The notes under the pieces: generated by a model
Databases searched by the model: none
The model's input: the letters and a program-made list of their open reading frames with translations, nothing else
What the model was told of the DNA's origin: nothing
Assembly: GCA_963799845.1 (NCBI GenBank)
Contig: CAWCYI010000004.1
Span: forward strand, 960,001 to 1,024,000
Length of the DNA stretch: 64,000 nt
Reading direction: 5' to 3'
Origin: an uncultured Nitrososphaerota archaeon
GTDB lineage: Archaea; Thermoproteota; Nitrososphaeria; Nitrososphaerales; CADDZS01
Program-made: the position numbers and the translations under genes
Part shown: piece by piece, positions 30,778-41,051 of the stretch
Layout of the letters: every line of letters begins with the position of its first letter
Position numbering within the stretch: the stretch's first letter is position 1

Positions 30778-32715
30778 TCAATCTACATCGGAGAAACCAA
30801 TTTTCTTCAGCAAAGACTGAAACCTTGGATCCGGGCGAAGGTCTTCGAAAGGAAAATCGCTGTTGATCGAGACAATAAAAACTGCATGTTGCGCATAGGC
30901 TCTCTCCAGCCATTCGAGCGCCTTGTCTTTTTCGCCTAGACTCGAGTAAACTCCGGCAATTATCGTTTCGGACACATGGCCTTGTTCCCTCATCCTGAGC
31001 AAATCGGCAAGAATGCCTCTTACCTCATCCATTTTTCCAGCTCTTGCGTAGGCGTATGCAAGTTCGTTTTCAAGATGTAGACCTGAATGTTCTATACTTT
31101 TTCTCATCTCCGTGAGTCCTTCTTCAACCCTTCCCTTCTGAACGTAAGCAACGCCCAAATTAGATTGGGCAAACACCGAATTCGGATCCAATTCCAAGGC
31201 ACTTTTCAGAAGCACTATGGCTTCGTCGGGTCGGCGAGAATAGAGAAAAAGAGTACCTGCAGAGGTGCAGGTCGAAGCGGAGAGAGGATCCAATTCCAAA
31301 GCACGTTTGCATTCTACGATGGCTTCGTCAAATTTTCTGATCTGACAGTACAGATGTCCGAGCTCCAAATGGGCATCCACCAAGCTAGGACTAAGTTCTA
31401 AGGCTCGTCTGAATTCGATTTCCGCACCTCGGAAATCCCACTTATCCCAAAGCAGAACCAGGCCGAGCGGGACATGAGATTCGGGAACGGACGGATCCAA
31501 CTGGATTGCCTTTTCAGCAAATCTTTCGGCCTTGGGGAAGGCTTCGCTCGATGGAAGCAATTCGAAAATACCGATTAAGGCGTAAGATCTTGCGATCTCA
31601 GCGTAGGCTTGAGCATAATAAGGATCCTCTTGAATTGCCTGCTCGCAATAATCTATAGTTTTTTTGGTGGAATCAAGAGTTCCTCGGTGCCGGTAAGATC
31701 TGCCTTTCAAGTAAAGAGTGTAAGCTTCCAAGTTCTGAGTCGGTTTCTTTCCTAATTCTATGCTTTCCTTTGGTAGAATTGTAACCTGAAGTGAATCGGC
31801 GACTTTTTGAGCGATCTCCTTCTGCAGTGAAAACAGGTTCTCGAATTTTCTATCATAATCCTCAGACCACAGATGCTCATCACTTTCCACATCGATTAGC
31901 TGAACAGTAATCCGCAGATCATCAGCGGCCTTCCGGACACTCCCCTCCAATACTGCGCCAACATTCAGTTCCTTCGCAATTTCTGAGAGACTCTTGTTAG
32001 TTTGTTTGTACCTCAGGACTGAAGTGCGGGAGATGACCTTCAGCCCACGAATTTTAGATAGCGTCGAAATAAGTTCCTCAGTCATGCCGTCTGCGAAATA
32101 TTCATCATTAGGATCAGGACTGATGTTTGAAAAAGGCAGAACCGCTATTCTACGTTTGTCTGGATTTCCTTCGTGCTCCGTTATTCTCCAAGGAAGGACT
32201 ACCTTGAACACTTCGATTGGAAGTTCTATGTTTTTCAGTTGTTTCTTGCCCAAACTGACAAATGGAAATTCGAACTTGTTTCTCACATGATCGTAAACTT
32301 GCCCCGAAATGCATATCCCACCGGGTTCGGCGAGGGGCTCTATTCTCGAGGCAACGTTCACGGCGTCGCCGTACATATCTTTCTTTACATCGTGAACGAC
32401 ATCACCGAGGTGTATTCCCATCCTGATATCAATTCTGCTGTCCGGAACGCGGGAATTGTTTCGTTCGTGCAATGCGTGCTGTATTTCGTAGCCACATCTC
32501 AAAGCTTCCAAGGCGCTTGCAAATTCTACCAGAAATCCATCGCCAATTGTCTTGATTTCCCTTCCGTCGTGCTTACGAAAGAAGGGGCGAATTAGTTTTC
32601 TGTGTTCTTCAAGCAATTCTAGTGCAAGGGCTTCATCCTTTTGAGAAAGAGAGGTGTAGCCAGTAATGTCGGTGAACATTATCGCGGCTAGTCTTCGAGC
32701 CGATCTTACTGACAT
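30778..32715 (-). CDS. Class III adenylate cyclase + TolB-like + TPR repeat protein
   Basis: Motifs RRLAAIMFTDITGY, IKTIGDG, RMGIHLGD, DMYGDAVNVASRIE and IAVLPF...YFADGMTEELI, followed by multiple TPRs. Confidence 0.92.
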   Translation of the reverse strand: MSVRSARRLAAIMFTDITGYTSLSQKDEALALELLEEHRKLIRPFFRKHDGREIKTIGDGFLVEFASALEALRCGYEIQHALHERNNSRVPDSRIDIRMGIHLGDVVHDVKKDMYGDAVNVASRIEPLAEPGGICISGQVYDHVRNKFEFPFVSLGKKQLKNIELPIEVFKVVLPWRITEHEGNPDKRRIAVLPFSNISPDPNDEYFADGMTEELISTLSKIRGLKVISRTSVLRYKQTNKSLSEIAKELNVGAVLEGSVRKAADDLRITVQLIDVESDEHLWSEDYDRKFENLFSLQKEIAQKVADSLQVTILPKESIELGKKPTQNLEAYTLYLKGRSYRHRGTLDSTKKTIDYCEQAIQEDPYYAQAYAEIARSYALIGIFELLPSSEAFPKAERFAEKAIQLDPSVPESHVPLGLVLLWDKWDFRGAEIEFRRALELSPSLVDAHLELGHLYCQIRKFDEAIVECKRALELDPLSASTCTSAGTLFLYSRRPDEAIVLLKSALELDPNSVFAQSNLGVAYVQKGRVEEGLTEMRKSIEHSGLHLENELAYAYARAGKMDEVRGILADLLRMREQGHVSETIIAGVYSSLGEKDKALEWLERAYAQHAVFIVSINSDFPFEDLRPDPRFQSLLKKIGFSDVD

Positions 32716-32926
32716 CCAGAGTTGCTCCGTCAAAGTGACGGTAAGGGAGAGATAAATTCCTTTGGCACGTTCCGAAGCGTAGCCTGAGGTAAGATATCTC
32801 AAACTGATTTCTCTTAGCTAATGAAAATCCCGCTCAACATCAAAGCAGAAAAGTCAAAATTCTACGAATAGCTGATTTTCGAGTGAAAAGAAAATTTATT
32901 AGAGCTTCACGCATTCGGCGATAAAT

Positions 32927-33295
32927 ATGCAAAGTCATGAGGTCAAGAATATGTCCACCTCTTCCGAGGTTCGAAAATTTCAGAATGCGAAGATCGAATT
33001 GGTAAACGTCGCGGGGGGCACGGTCGGTCGGTTTGTGTTGCAAAAAGGATGGAAGTGGTCGAACGATATCAAGCCCATAGTCAAAACAGAGTGGTGCGAG
33101 GCTCCGCACATCCAGTATGTAATCTCCGGCAAGTACCGTGTAAAAATGAAGGATGGAACCGAGTTTGACATCGGGCCGGGTGATGTGGCGTCAGTACCCC
33201 CAGGACACGATGCATGGGTCGTCGGCGACGAGCCCACTGTGGGGATCGAGTTTATCGGTGCGAGAATCGCCACTGAGGGGCCAAAGAAAACTTAG
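32927..33295 (+). CDS. Cupin domain protein
   Basis: Motifs GWKWSNDIKP..TEWCEAPH.QYVISG and GPGDV..VPPGHDAWVVG. Confidence 0.9.
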   Translation: MQSHEVKNMSTSSEVRKFQNAKIELVNVAGGTVGRFVLQKGWKWSNDIKPIVKTEWCEAPHIQYVISGKYRVKMKDGTEFDIGPGDVASVPPGHDAWVVGDEPTVGIEFIGARIATEGPKKT

Positions 33296-33303
33296 GCAGC
33301 CCG

Positions 33304-33906
33304 ATGGCGGTTTCGCAAAAACGTATTTCTAAGCCCCGTTCGAACGAATCCTTACGAGACTATACAAAAATGACAGACAAACCTGGTGGTAGAACGGAAC
33401 TAGATTCGTTAAAGGAATTCTTTCGATACAATTCTTATGTCAGGAAGAAATATCTTAAGGCACTGGAAAAACTGCCGCGCGAAGAACTGATGCGGGATAG
33501 AGGCGCCTCATATCCATCTATGCTTGACATTTTTGTTCACGTCCTTGGGGCGTACGAGTATTGGTTGATGAATAGGTACCCGGCTCTTCCTAAAGAGGGC
33601 TTCGAGAATGAAGTGAATACTCTCGAAGAAGCAGCGGAGGAGGAAAGGAAGCTGGATCTCCTTATCCTGAATTTTGTTGAAGGACTGGACGACGAGAAAA
33701 TTGAAACACCCTTTGAGACCGCCGATGATCAAACTAAGATTAGATGGAGATTTACAGTGAGGCAGATGCTGTGGCATCTGGTCGAAGAAGAACTGCAGCA
33801 CCGGGGAGAACTCAACGCTCTTTTTTGGCAGATGAACATTGATCCTCCGGTTACCGATTGGCTTGACTGGAAAATTGAAATCGGGGAGATAAGAAGACTA
33901 TCGTAG
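33304..33906 (+). CDS. DinB/YfiT family protein
   Basis: Motifs FRYN, SMLDIFVHVLGAYEYW and HLVEEELQHRGEL. The start may be the ATG at 33370. Confidence 0.88.
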   Translation: MAVSQKRISKPRSNESLRDYTKMTDKPGGRTELDSLKEFFRYNSYVRKKYLKALEKLPREELMRDRGASYPSMLDIFVHVLGAYEYWLMNRYPALPKEGFENEVNTLEEAAEEERKLDLLILNFVEGLDDEKIETPFETADDQTKIRWRFTVRQMLWHLVEEELQHRGELNALFWQMNIDPPVTDWLDWKIEIGEIRRLS

Positions 33907-33908
33907 TT

Positions 33909-35902
33909 CTACTTGACCAAACCAACTTTCTCGCTCTCCTTCCCAAATCCGATCTTTTCTAAGAGCGCTTGGAACCTGGGTTCTGAATGCAGATTTTGAA
34001 AAGTGAAGTCGTTAAGAATGGAAATCAAGTAACCAGAGCGTTCTTCGTAAGCTCTTTCTAGCCATTCGAGAGCATTGTCGATTTCACCCAAGTTCGAGTA
34101 GATACCTGCGATCGCCGTGGCAGCTCGAGGTTCTTTGTTTTTCTCGCGCATTTCCAGCAATTCCGACAGAACATCTCTTGCCTCCCTTATCTTTCCTGCC
34201 TTTACATACGCGTACGCAAGATCGAGCTTCTGAGCTGGGTCACTCCCATGGGAAACCTCAATTGATTTCTTGATTTCGGAAATCCCAGTGTCGAACATAC
34301 CTTTTTGCGCGAAAGCAACCCCAAGATTGTCACGGGCAAGCGTCATATCAGGATTTATTTCAAGCGCTACCTTGAAGCATTCGATAGCATCATCGTATCT
34401 GCCGGCGTATAGAAAGGATGTACCAGCGACGGAACAGGTCCTTGGAGATTTCGGATCGAGTTCAAGAGCCTTCCTTGCCTCTGAGATAGATTCTTCATAC
34501 TTTCCAATCATCATCAGTCTGACTGAAAGTGCATTGTGGCCCATCGCAAGATTTGGATTGAGCTCTACAGCGCGTCTTGATTCTGCCACGGCGTCTGCAA
34601 AGTTCCAAGAATTCGCAAGAACAATCGAAATCACAACGTGCGCCTCGGGAAGCAGGGGATCGAGAGCGAGAGCTTTTTCCGCATACTCTTTTGCGTTACG
34701 AAACGCTTCGACTGATGGATGTATTTCAAAGAATCCCAAGAACGAGTAACAAGAAGCAATCTCAGCATACGCCAGAGAGTATTTTGGATCTTTTTCGATG
34801 GCTCCTTCAAAACACCGTATCGCCTGTTCAAATCCCTCCTTGGTAACTCTTTCCCTAAAGAATAGCCCTCTTAGATACATATCGTGGGCCTCAACGTTTG
34901 AAGTAGGAATTTTTTCTGTTCTCTCCTTTTCCTTAGCAAGTAATTTTACTTTGAGAGATTCAGCTACATTCCGTGCAATTTCGCTTTGAATTGTGAAAAT
35001 ATCTTCTAGACTTGCATCATAGCTGTGTGACCAGAGATGCTTATCGTTTTCAACTTCGATTAGCTGAACGGCTACTCGAACATGATTACCGGATTTACGA
35101 ACGCTGCCTTCAATGAGACATCCAACATTCAGCTCTTTTCCAATATCTGCGACGTGTTTGCTTGTGTTCTTCTTGTATTGCATGACAGAGGTACGCGAAA
35201 TAACAGCGAGATCGCTAATTTCAGAAATGATCGAAATTAGTTCTTCGGTCATACCATCAGAAAAATATTCGTCATTTGGATCGGCACTGATGTTAGAGAA
35301 AGGAAGAACTGCAATTCTTTTCTTGTCCAGAATGAATGCCACATCCATCTTTTGCTCTCCGTCTCCTCTTTTGTTCTGCCAAGGCATGACAATCTTATAG
35401 ACTCCTGTTGAAAATTTGATATTCTTCAGCTCAGCACGCTCTAATTGTTCGAAACTATAATCCACCTTGTTTCTTATCTGGTAGTAGACTTGTTCCGATA
35501 CACAAACTCCTTCGGGTTCAGCTAACGGTTGAATCCTTGAAGCAATGTTAACCGCATCTCCCAGGATATCATTGTCGCGATGTACGACGTCGCCAAGGTG
35601 TACCCCGATTCTGAGCTTTATCTTCCAATCCTCATGGGTTGATGTATTATAGTCGTGCAGGTATTCCTGGATCTTTACGGCACAGTTCGCGGCATCCAGC
35701 GCACTTTCAAATTCCACAAGGAAAGAGTCTCCGATAGTTTTGATCTCTTTTCCGTTGTATCTGGGAAAGAACGGTTTCAGTAGCCGGTTATGTCTTTCTA
35801 GTACTTGCAGAGCTAGAGATTCATCTGATTGGTGAGAGCACTGTAACCCACAATATCAGTAAACATTATCGCAGCAAGTCTTCGAGTCGAATTCACTGAC
35901 AT
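33909..35902 (-). CDS. Class III adenylate cyclase + TolB-like + TPR protein, paralog 2 (frameshift near 35831)
   Basis: MSVNSTRRLAAIMFTDIVGYSALT joins SDESLALQVL...IKTIGDSFLVEFESALDA...DILGDAVNIASRIQ. The architecture matches the first paralog. Confidence 0.9.
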
Positions 35903-36020
35903 CTGGGACTATTCCAAAGTGAGAGTAGGGGATAGATAAATCACTTTAGTACGTTTCAGTGAAGACGGCGATCTAGAATCTGCGCATCGATTTAACTAAT
36001 CGGGTATTTTCATCTGGTTT

Positions 36021-36962
36021 ATGAAATTTGGAATAAAGACTGGACAGGGTTTAAGCGGGTACACATACGATGAGTTGTCATCGGTCTGGTATAAATCAGA
36101 AGAACTGGGATTCGAATCGGCGTGGCTGCACGATCATTTCGTTTCATCCACCAACAGATTATCTGACCAATGCCTCGAAGCCTATACGACCCTTGCGGCT
36201 CTTGCGACAGATACTAGAAATCTTCATCTCGGAGTAATGGTAACCTGCGTCGGTTATCGCAATCCGGCTTACCTCGCCAAGATCGGCGCGACAATCGATA
36301 CGATTTCCAAGGGCCGTTTCATCATGGGAATAGGGACTGGATGGTTTGAGGATGAGTTTAGATCGTACGGGTACAAATTCCCTTCGATTCCTGAAAGGTT
36401 AGGGCAATTGAGAGAGGCATTGAAGATTCTGAGACTGATGTGGACTGAGGATAACCCATCCTTCGAGGGGAAACATTACATCATTCAGAACGCCCCGTGC
36501 TATCCCAGACCAGTCCAAAGGAGCATACCCATTTGGATCGGCATCTCAAGCGGAACGAAGACTCTTCCTCGAATGTCCATAGAACTGGCCGACGGGCTCA
36601 ACACCACCGCCAAGCCAGACTTGTGCAGCAAAATCATAGCGCGAGCCGAAGAAACTCGTATTGGAATGGGCAGAGAAAGAAGCGGGATAACATACTCTGC
36701 CCAACCCATCTTGCTCGTCGGAAATGATCCAGAAATTGAGAGTATAGTCCTACAGGAGGCAAAAAGATGGGGCCTATCAGCCCAAGATTACTTGAACGGA
36801 TTGAAAGAAAAAGGTTGCATCATCGGAACGGCTGAACGATGCGCCGAGGAACTCAAAGCTTTCAGTAACGCGGGAGTGGATTATCTGATACCAACGATTA
36901 TTGGCGATAGACTTCTCTGGCCTCTGGAAAATATCAAGGACAAACTCCTTCCTCTGCTCTGA
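36021..36962 (+). CDS. LLM-class (probably F420-dependent) oxidoreductase
   Basis: Motifs WLHDHF, EAYTTLAALA, VTCVGYRNPAYLAK and GIGTGWFEDE. Confidence 0.9.
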   Translation: MKFGIKTGQGLSGYTYDELSSVWYKSEELGFESAWLHDHFVSSTNRLSDQCLEAYTTLAALATDTRNLHLGVMVTCVGYRNPAYLAKIGATIDTISKGRFIMGIGTGWFEDEFRSYGYKFPSIPERLGQLREALKILRLMWTEDNPSFEGKHYIIQNAPCYPRPVQRSIPIWIGISSGTKTLPRMSIELADGLNTTAKPDLCSKIIARAEETRIGMGRERSGITYSAQPILLVGNDPEIESIVLQEAKRWGLSAQDYLNGLKEKGCIIGTAERCAEELKAFSNAGVDYLIPTIIGDRLLWPLENIKDKLLPLL

Positions 36963-36972
36963 AAGACTTCCA

Positions 36973-37422
36973 CTAGTTTTTGCTATTTTCTTTCCATCGA
37001 CTTACGTTTGAGACTCCATTGGCGTAATTGTTGGTCAGACAGTTTTCTATTTTGAACTCAAAAAGAATGTACCGATCTTTTGGTTCGTAAGGACAAGATT
37101 GGACCGCCATGTCTCGGCAGGCTAGGTCAGTCAAGAGAAACGCTTTCCCTCCAATTTGAAATTCCCCATTAGTTCCGCGCATGTCAGTAACCAGATAATG
37201 AATCGAATACTTGCCGTTTCTCTGCAGATCCTTTCCTTTCGGCGAAGTAGGTTCCATGAATGCGAATAGTCTGCCCGAGCCCACAAAAGGAGTAAATGGA
37301 TGAATCCTTGGATAACCGTCCAGTTTTATAGTCGCGATGTACATGACGCCGTGAGCGAGTCTTTCCTGGCCAAATTTCGCCATTTCCGGTTTGACTGAAG
37401 CAAACTCTCCCCAGCTCAGCAA
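36973..37422 (-). CDS. Pyridoxamine 5'-phosphate oxidase-like split-barrel protein
   Basis: Motifs YIATIKLDGYPRIHP and SPKGKDLQRNGKYSIH. Confidence 0.85.
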   Translation of the reverse strand: MLSWGEFASVKPEMAKFGQERLAHGVMYIATIKLDGYPRIHPFTPFVGSGRLFAFMEPTSPKGKDLQRNGKYSIHYLVTDMRGTNGEFQIGGKAFLLTDLACRDMAVQSCPYEPKDRYILFEFKIENCLTNNYANGVSNVSRWKENSKN

Positions 37423-37616
37423 TTCCTAAGAATGCCCTCCTGCCCTTGTTTCATCGTGCCAGTAATAATTTGATATTGATACAATTTTTCTTTCCGCAAT
37501 CCCAGTGAAAAAAGCAAGATGGGAACGGAACTTCTGATGATTCCATTTCATCCCTTACCGGAAGAAACAAGTCTTATCTGAATGTTGGTCCCGAAATAAA
37601 AAAAGCTAGAAAGATT

Positions 37617-37967
37617 TTGTCTATTCAACCGTCGAGAAATTGCCGTTACTGCGGTCATCCCATCATCTATCCTATCGAAAGTGAATACTGTACGAACTGC
37701 GGAAAACCGATGGGGACAATGGTGGCAAATTTGGAAACCGCTACTCCCAGAAAGGAATTCTTCCCGTCCGTCACAATCATTTGCACTTTTACAGCATACA
37801 GCATATTGTCTTATTATTTCCCAGCTGATCTGCTTTACTTTACCGCGGGCTGGTTCGCGTTCGCCATACCTTTCTCGATATACGCGCTGCCATCGCGGAG
37901 GAATAACCGAAAGCTTCGGCCAAAAGATGAAACGAAGAAAAATAGGGAGCTGCAACCAACAAGTTGA
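37617..37967 (+). CDS. Zinc-ribbon membrane protein
   Basis: CRYCG...CTNCG followed by two TM helices. Confidence 0.6.
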   Translation: MSIQPSRNCRYCGHPIIYPIESEYCTNCGKPMGTMVANLETATPRKEFFPSVTIICTFTAYSILSYYFPADLLYFTAGWFAFAIPFSIYALPSRRNNRKLRPKDETKKNRELQPTS

Positions 37968-38071
37968 CTTATCCGGAGAGTACTGGGACATTTCGAGAAA
38001 TTCATTTCAAATTGGCTAAGACTGTGACAGCGAAAAGTGTTTAACGTCATTATGGACGTAGTTTTGATCGA

Positions 38072-38263
38072 ATGAATCGCTTACATTTGTTTGTTTACGT
38101 CATCGTTGCGATCTGCATTCTTGGCGCTTTATTCACGAATGGGCAAGCGCAGCAATGGTTTGAGGATCTTTTGGGTTCAGCGGTAGTCTTTATTCTCGTG
38201 GTCGAGCTTGTACCCCAATTCATAGTCGCGGATGAAAAGGAATCCGTTCAAAAGGCGCAATGA
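38072..38263 (+). CDS. Small membrane protein
   Basis: 63 aa with two hydrophobic helices, an ATG start and TTTAA upstream. Confidence 0.55.
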   Translation: MNRLHLFVYVIVAICILGALFTNGQAQQWFEDLLGSAVVFILVVELVPQFIVADEKESVQKAQ

Positions 38264-38420
38264 AAGCAACGCCGAACGTTTTGAACTGGTCTACTTCGTG
38301 AGTGTGAAACCGTTGATACTTTGACACAGCTGTCCTTCGGTCAATTCTGTCTGAAGCGATCCTATCGAACGCTTATAATCACAATTTGAAGATGGATAAT
38401 TTCTCTAGTGCTCTTCGAGT

Positions 38421-39053
38421 TTGAAACTCCGGCCGGTAGTCAAACTTTCAATTATCTACGTGGTGCTGTCCTTTGCATATAGCGCCCTCGGGTTCCTGCA
38501 CGGCCTCCCGCACGGGAATGGGTCGGAGTACACAATTTCATTCCTCATTCCTGAGATAGGTGGTCACATCCTGTTTGCCGTTGTTGCGATTTTACCGTTT
38601 CTAGATGTGCAGCTAATTTTTCTTTCAGCAGTCGTTGCAGTCTTCATTGACATGGATCACCTGCTCGGGATTTTTACTACTCTACCGTTCGTTGGCAGGC
38701 CGAATCATTCGCTTCTGTTTACCCTCGTCTCCGCTTCAATTCTTGTTTATGCAACAAGAAGGATGAACCTCTCGCAAACATCCCAAATCAAGGTCGCGTT
38801 CGTCGTCCCGGTTGCCATTTTGTCCCACCTCTCGTTCGACGTTCTGGCTGCATACGACATCTTCGGCGGAGGATCTTACGCCTTTCCACTCTTCTACCCT
38901 TTCAGTTCGACGCTGATCGCGTTTCCGCTGTACAGTTTCGTGATCCTCGAAGCCGCCGCGTTTGGAGTAGCAATTATTGGAAGTCTGATTGTCAAGAGAT
39001 ACAAGAAGCCAACTAGGACACCAATGTTACCCAGCACGAGCCCCTCGATCTGA
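38421..39053 (+). CDS. Membrane-bound metal-dependent hydrolase-like protein (YdjM-like)
   Basis: Motifs GGH, DMDH, RPNHS, SHLSFD and PLFYPF among TM helices. Confidence 0.7.
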   Translation: MKLRPVVKLSIIYVVLSFAYSALGFLHGLPHGNGSEYTISFLIPEIGGHILFAVVAILPFLDVQLIFLSAVVAVFIDMDHLLGIFTTLPFVGRPNHSLLFTLVSASILVYATRRMNLSQTSQIKVAFVVPVAILSHLSFDVLAAYDIFGGGSYAFPLFYPFSSTLIAFPLYSFVILEAAAFGVAIIGSLIVKRYKKPTRTPMLPSTSPSI

Positions 39054-39169
39054 GCATAGTCCCCTTTTTCCAAGGTGTATAGTAACTTGCTGTGATTACT
39101 CTTGGTAATTTTCCAACGAGAGTCGGGCTTAAGTTTCACAGTTGAAATTCTATCTTTTTAGAGCATTAA

Positions 39170-40166
39170 TTGGCAAACATAATTCAGGCAAAAGGTCTTA
39201 CGAAAAAATACGAAGAAAAGGTCGTAGTTGATCACGTGTCGTTTGAAATCGCAGAGGGAGAGCTGTTTGGATTTCTGGGTCCAAACGGCGCTGGCAAAAC
39301 AACAACGATCAAGATGTTGACCACGATAGCTTCCGTTAGCGAGGGTACAGCGACTGTCGTCGGACACGATGTTTCAAAAGATCCTGGCGCGGTCAGGGCT
39401 AGCATAGGAGTCGTACCGCAACAGTTCATCGCGGATGACGAGCTGAAAGGGGATCGAGAACGTGCTGCTCTCAGCCAAACTCCACCACGTTCCAAACGAA
39501 AAAGCCCGGAGGAGAGCCTCTGAACTCCTGCAGCTTGTCGATCTCCAAGGTTCAGCTGAGAAATTGGTAAAGACGTACTCAGGTGGTATGAAGAGGAGGC
39601 TTCAGCTAGCGATGGGCTTGATTCACGACCCGCTCGTCCTGTTCTTGGACGAACCCAGCCTCGGCCTCGACATCCAGACCCGGAGCAAGATGTGGGATTA
39701 CGTTCGAAAGTTGAACGTTGACAATGGGATCACGGTATTCATAACCACGCACTACCTGGAAGAGGCGGACGCCCTGTGCGATCGCGTGGCGATAATAGAC
39801 GGCGGAGTGATCAAAGTATCCGGACCCCCGGATGAGCTGAAGGCGAAATTGGGCGGCGATATACTTTCCATCAGCGTCACTGACGGCGCGGATCTGACTA
39901 ATTTTCTTGAAGAAGTGCAAGACGTAAAGGAGGTTATGAAACTCGGGCTCTCATCCTACAGGATCAAAGTCCCAAGAGTTGAAAAAGCGCTGCCCGAGAT
40001 CGTGGATGGCGTTGTCCAGAGAGGACTAAAAATCTCCGATATCTCTTTCACGAGACCAACCCTCGATCAGGTGTTCCTCCAAGTGACTGGTCGGAAGTTG
40101 AGAGACGGCGATGACGGATCCAGCGCTCCTCTTGAGGCCTCAGTTCTATTGGAACAGGTGAATTGA
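39170..40166 (+). CDS. ABC-2 exporter ATPase, DrrA-like (frameshift at 39441-39452)
   Basis: Walker A GPNGAGKTT, signature YSGGMKRR, LDEP and TTHYLEEAD. Removing one G joins the frames (DELKGIENV). Confidence 0.92.
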
Positions 40167-40167
40167 G

Positions 40168-40998
40168 ATGCTGAGTGACACACTCGCACTGAGCGGGAGA
40201 TCCTTGAGAAAATGGATTCGCAACCCCTTCTCGCTTATACCGATAGTAATCCAATCGATTGTCTGGCTCCTCTTATTCGGAAATTCGTTCAATCCCGGAA
40301 ATTCACTCCCGTCGTCAACAGGAGGATCTCTAGGATTGTTAGCGCATTCTTTCGGGGGCGCGCCTAATTACATCACCTTCCTCACTCCCGGAGTGATCGG
40401 CATGCTGGCTCTTACCGGTATGACCTTTCTCGGCGTGGACTTTGTCATGGATAGACTCAACGGATACCTCGACAAGCTAAAGACCAGCCCGATATCGCGA
40501 TCATCTATCTACTTTGGCGGCGTTTTACAGAACATTGTGAAGGCAATCGTGACATCGGCAATCACTCTGGTTGTCGCACTACTGATTCCAAACGGACTTA
40601 AGCTCGCGGGCAGCTTTGGCATTCTAGATCTTGTCGGTGTTTTCGTCGCCATCATCTTTCTTACCGCTGTCTTCGCATCTCTGTTCACCGGAATATCCAT
40701 AGCCGCGAAAAGTACTGACAGTTTCTTCGCAGTCGTCAACTTCCTCTTCTTCCCCGTTGCTTTCACGAGCACCGCGTTATTCCCGATCAGCTTCTTTCCG
40801 GCGTGGCTGGAACCCATAGCTCGCGCAAACCCCATCTCACTGGCAAGCGAAGCGATCAGACTCCTCGTGGTGAACGGAACGCTCTCGATTGCGCAACTTT
40901 GGACATTTGCAGAGTATATCGGTGGCCTGTTCGCTTACACGATCATCTTCGTCGTGTTCGGAACGTTACTGGCAAGAGATGCTTTGAAGGCCGAGTAG
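40168..40998 (+). CDS. ABC-2 type permease (DrrB-like)
   Basis: Six TM helices with YITFLTPG, DRLNGYL and WLEPIARANPIS. Confidence 0.9.
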   Translation: MLSDTLALSGRSLRKWIRNPFSLIPIVIQSIVWLLLFGNSFNPGNSLPSSTGGSLGLLAHSFGGAPNYITFLTPGVIGMLALTGMTFLGVDFVMDRLNGYLDKLKTSPISRSSIYFGGVLQNIVKAIVTSAITLVVALLIPNGLKLAGSFGILDLVGVFVAIIFLTAVFASLFTGISIAAKSTDSFFAVVNFLFFPVAFTSTALFPISFFPAWLEPIARANPISLASEAIRLLVVNGTLSIAQLWTFAEYIGGLFAYTIIFVVFGTLLARDALKAE

Positions 40999-41051
40999 TA
41001 ATCACAAAACGTGAGCGAGGCTTTTAGGCACAAGGAGCTAAATTGGGAACC

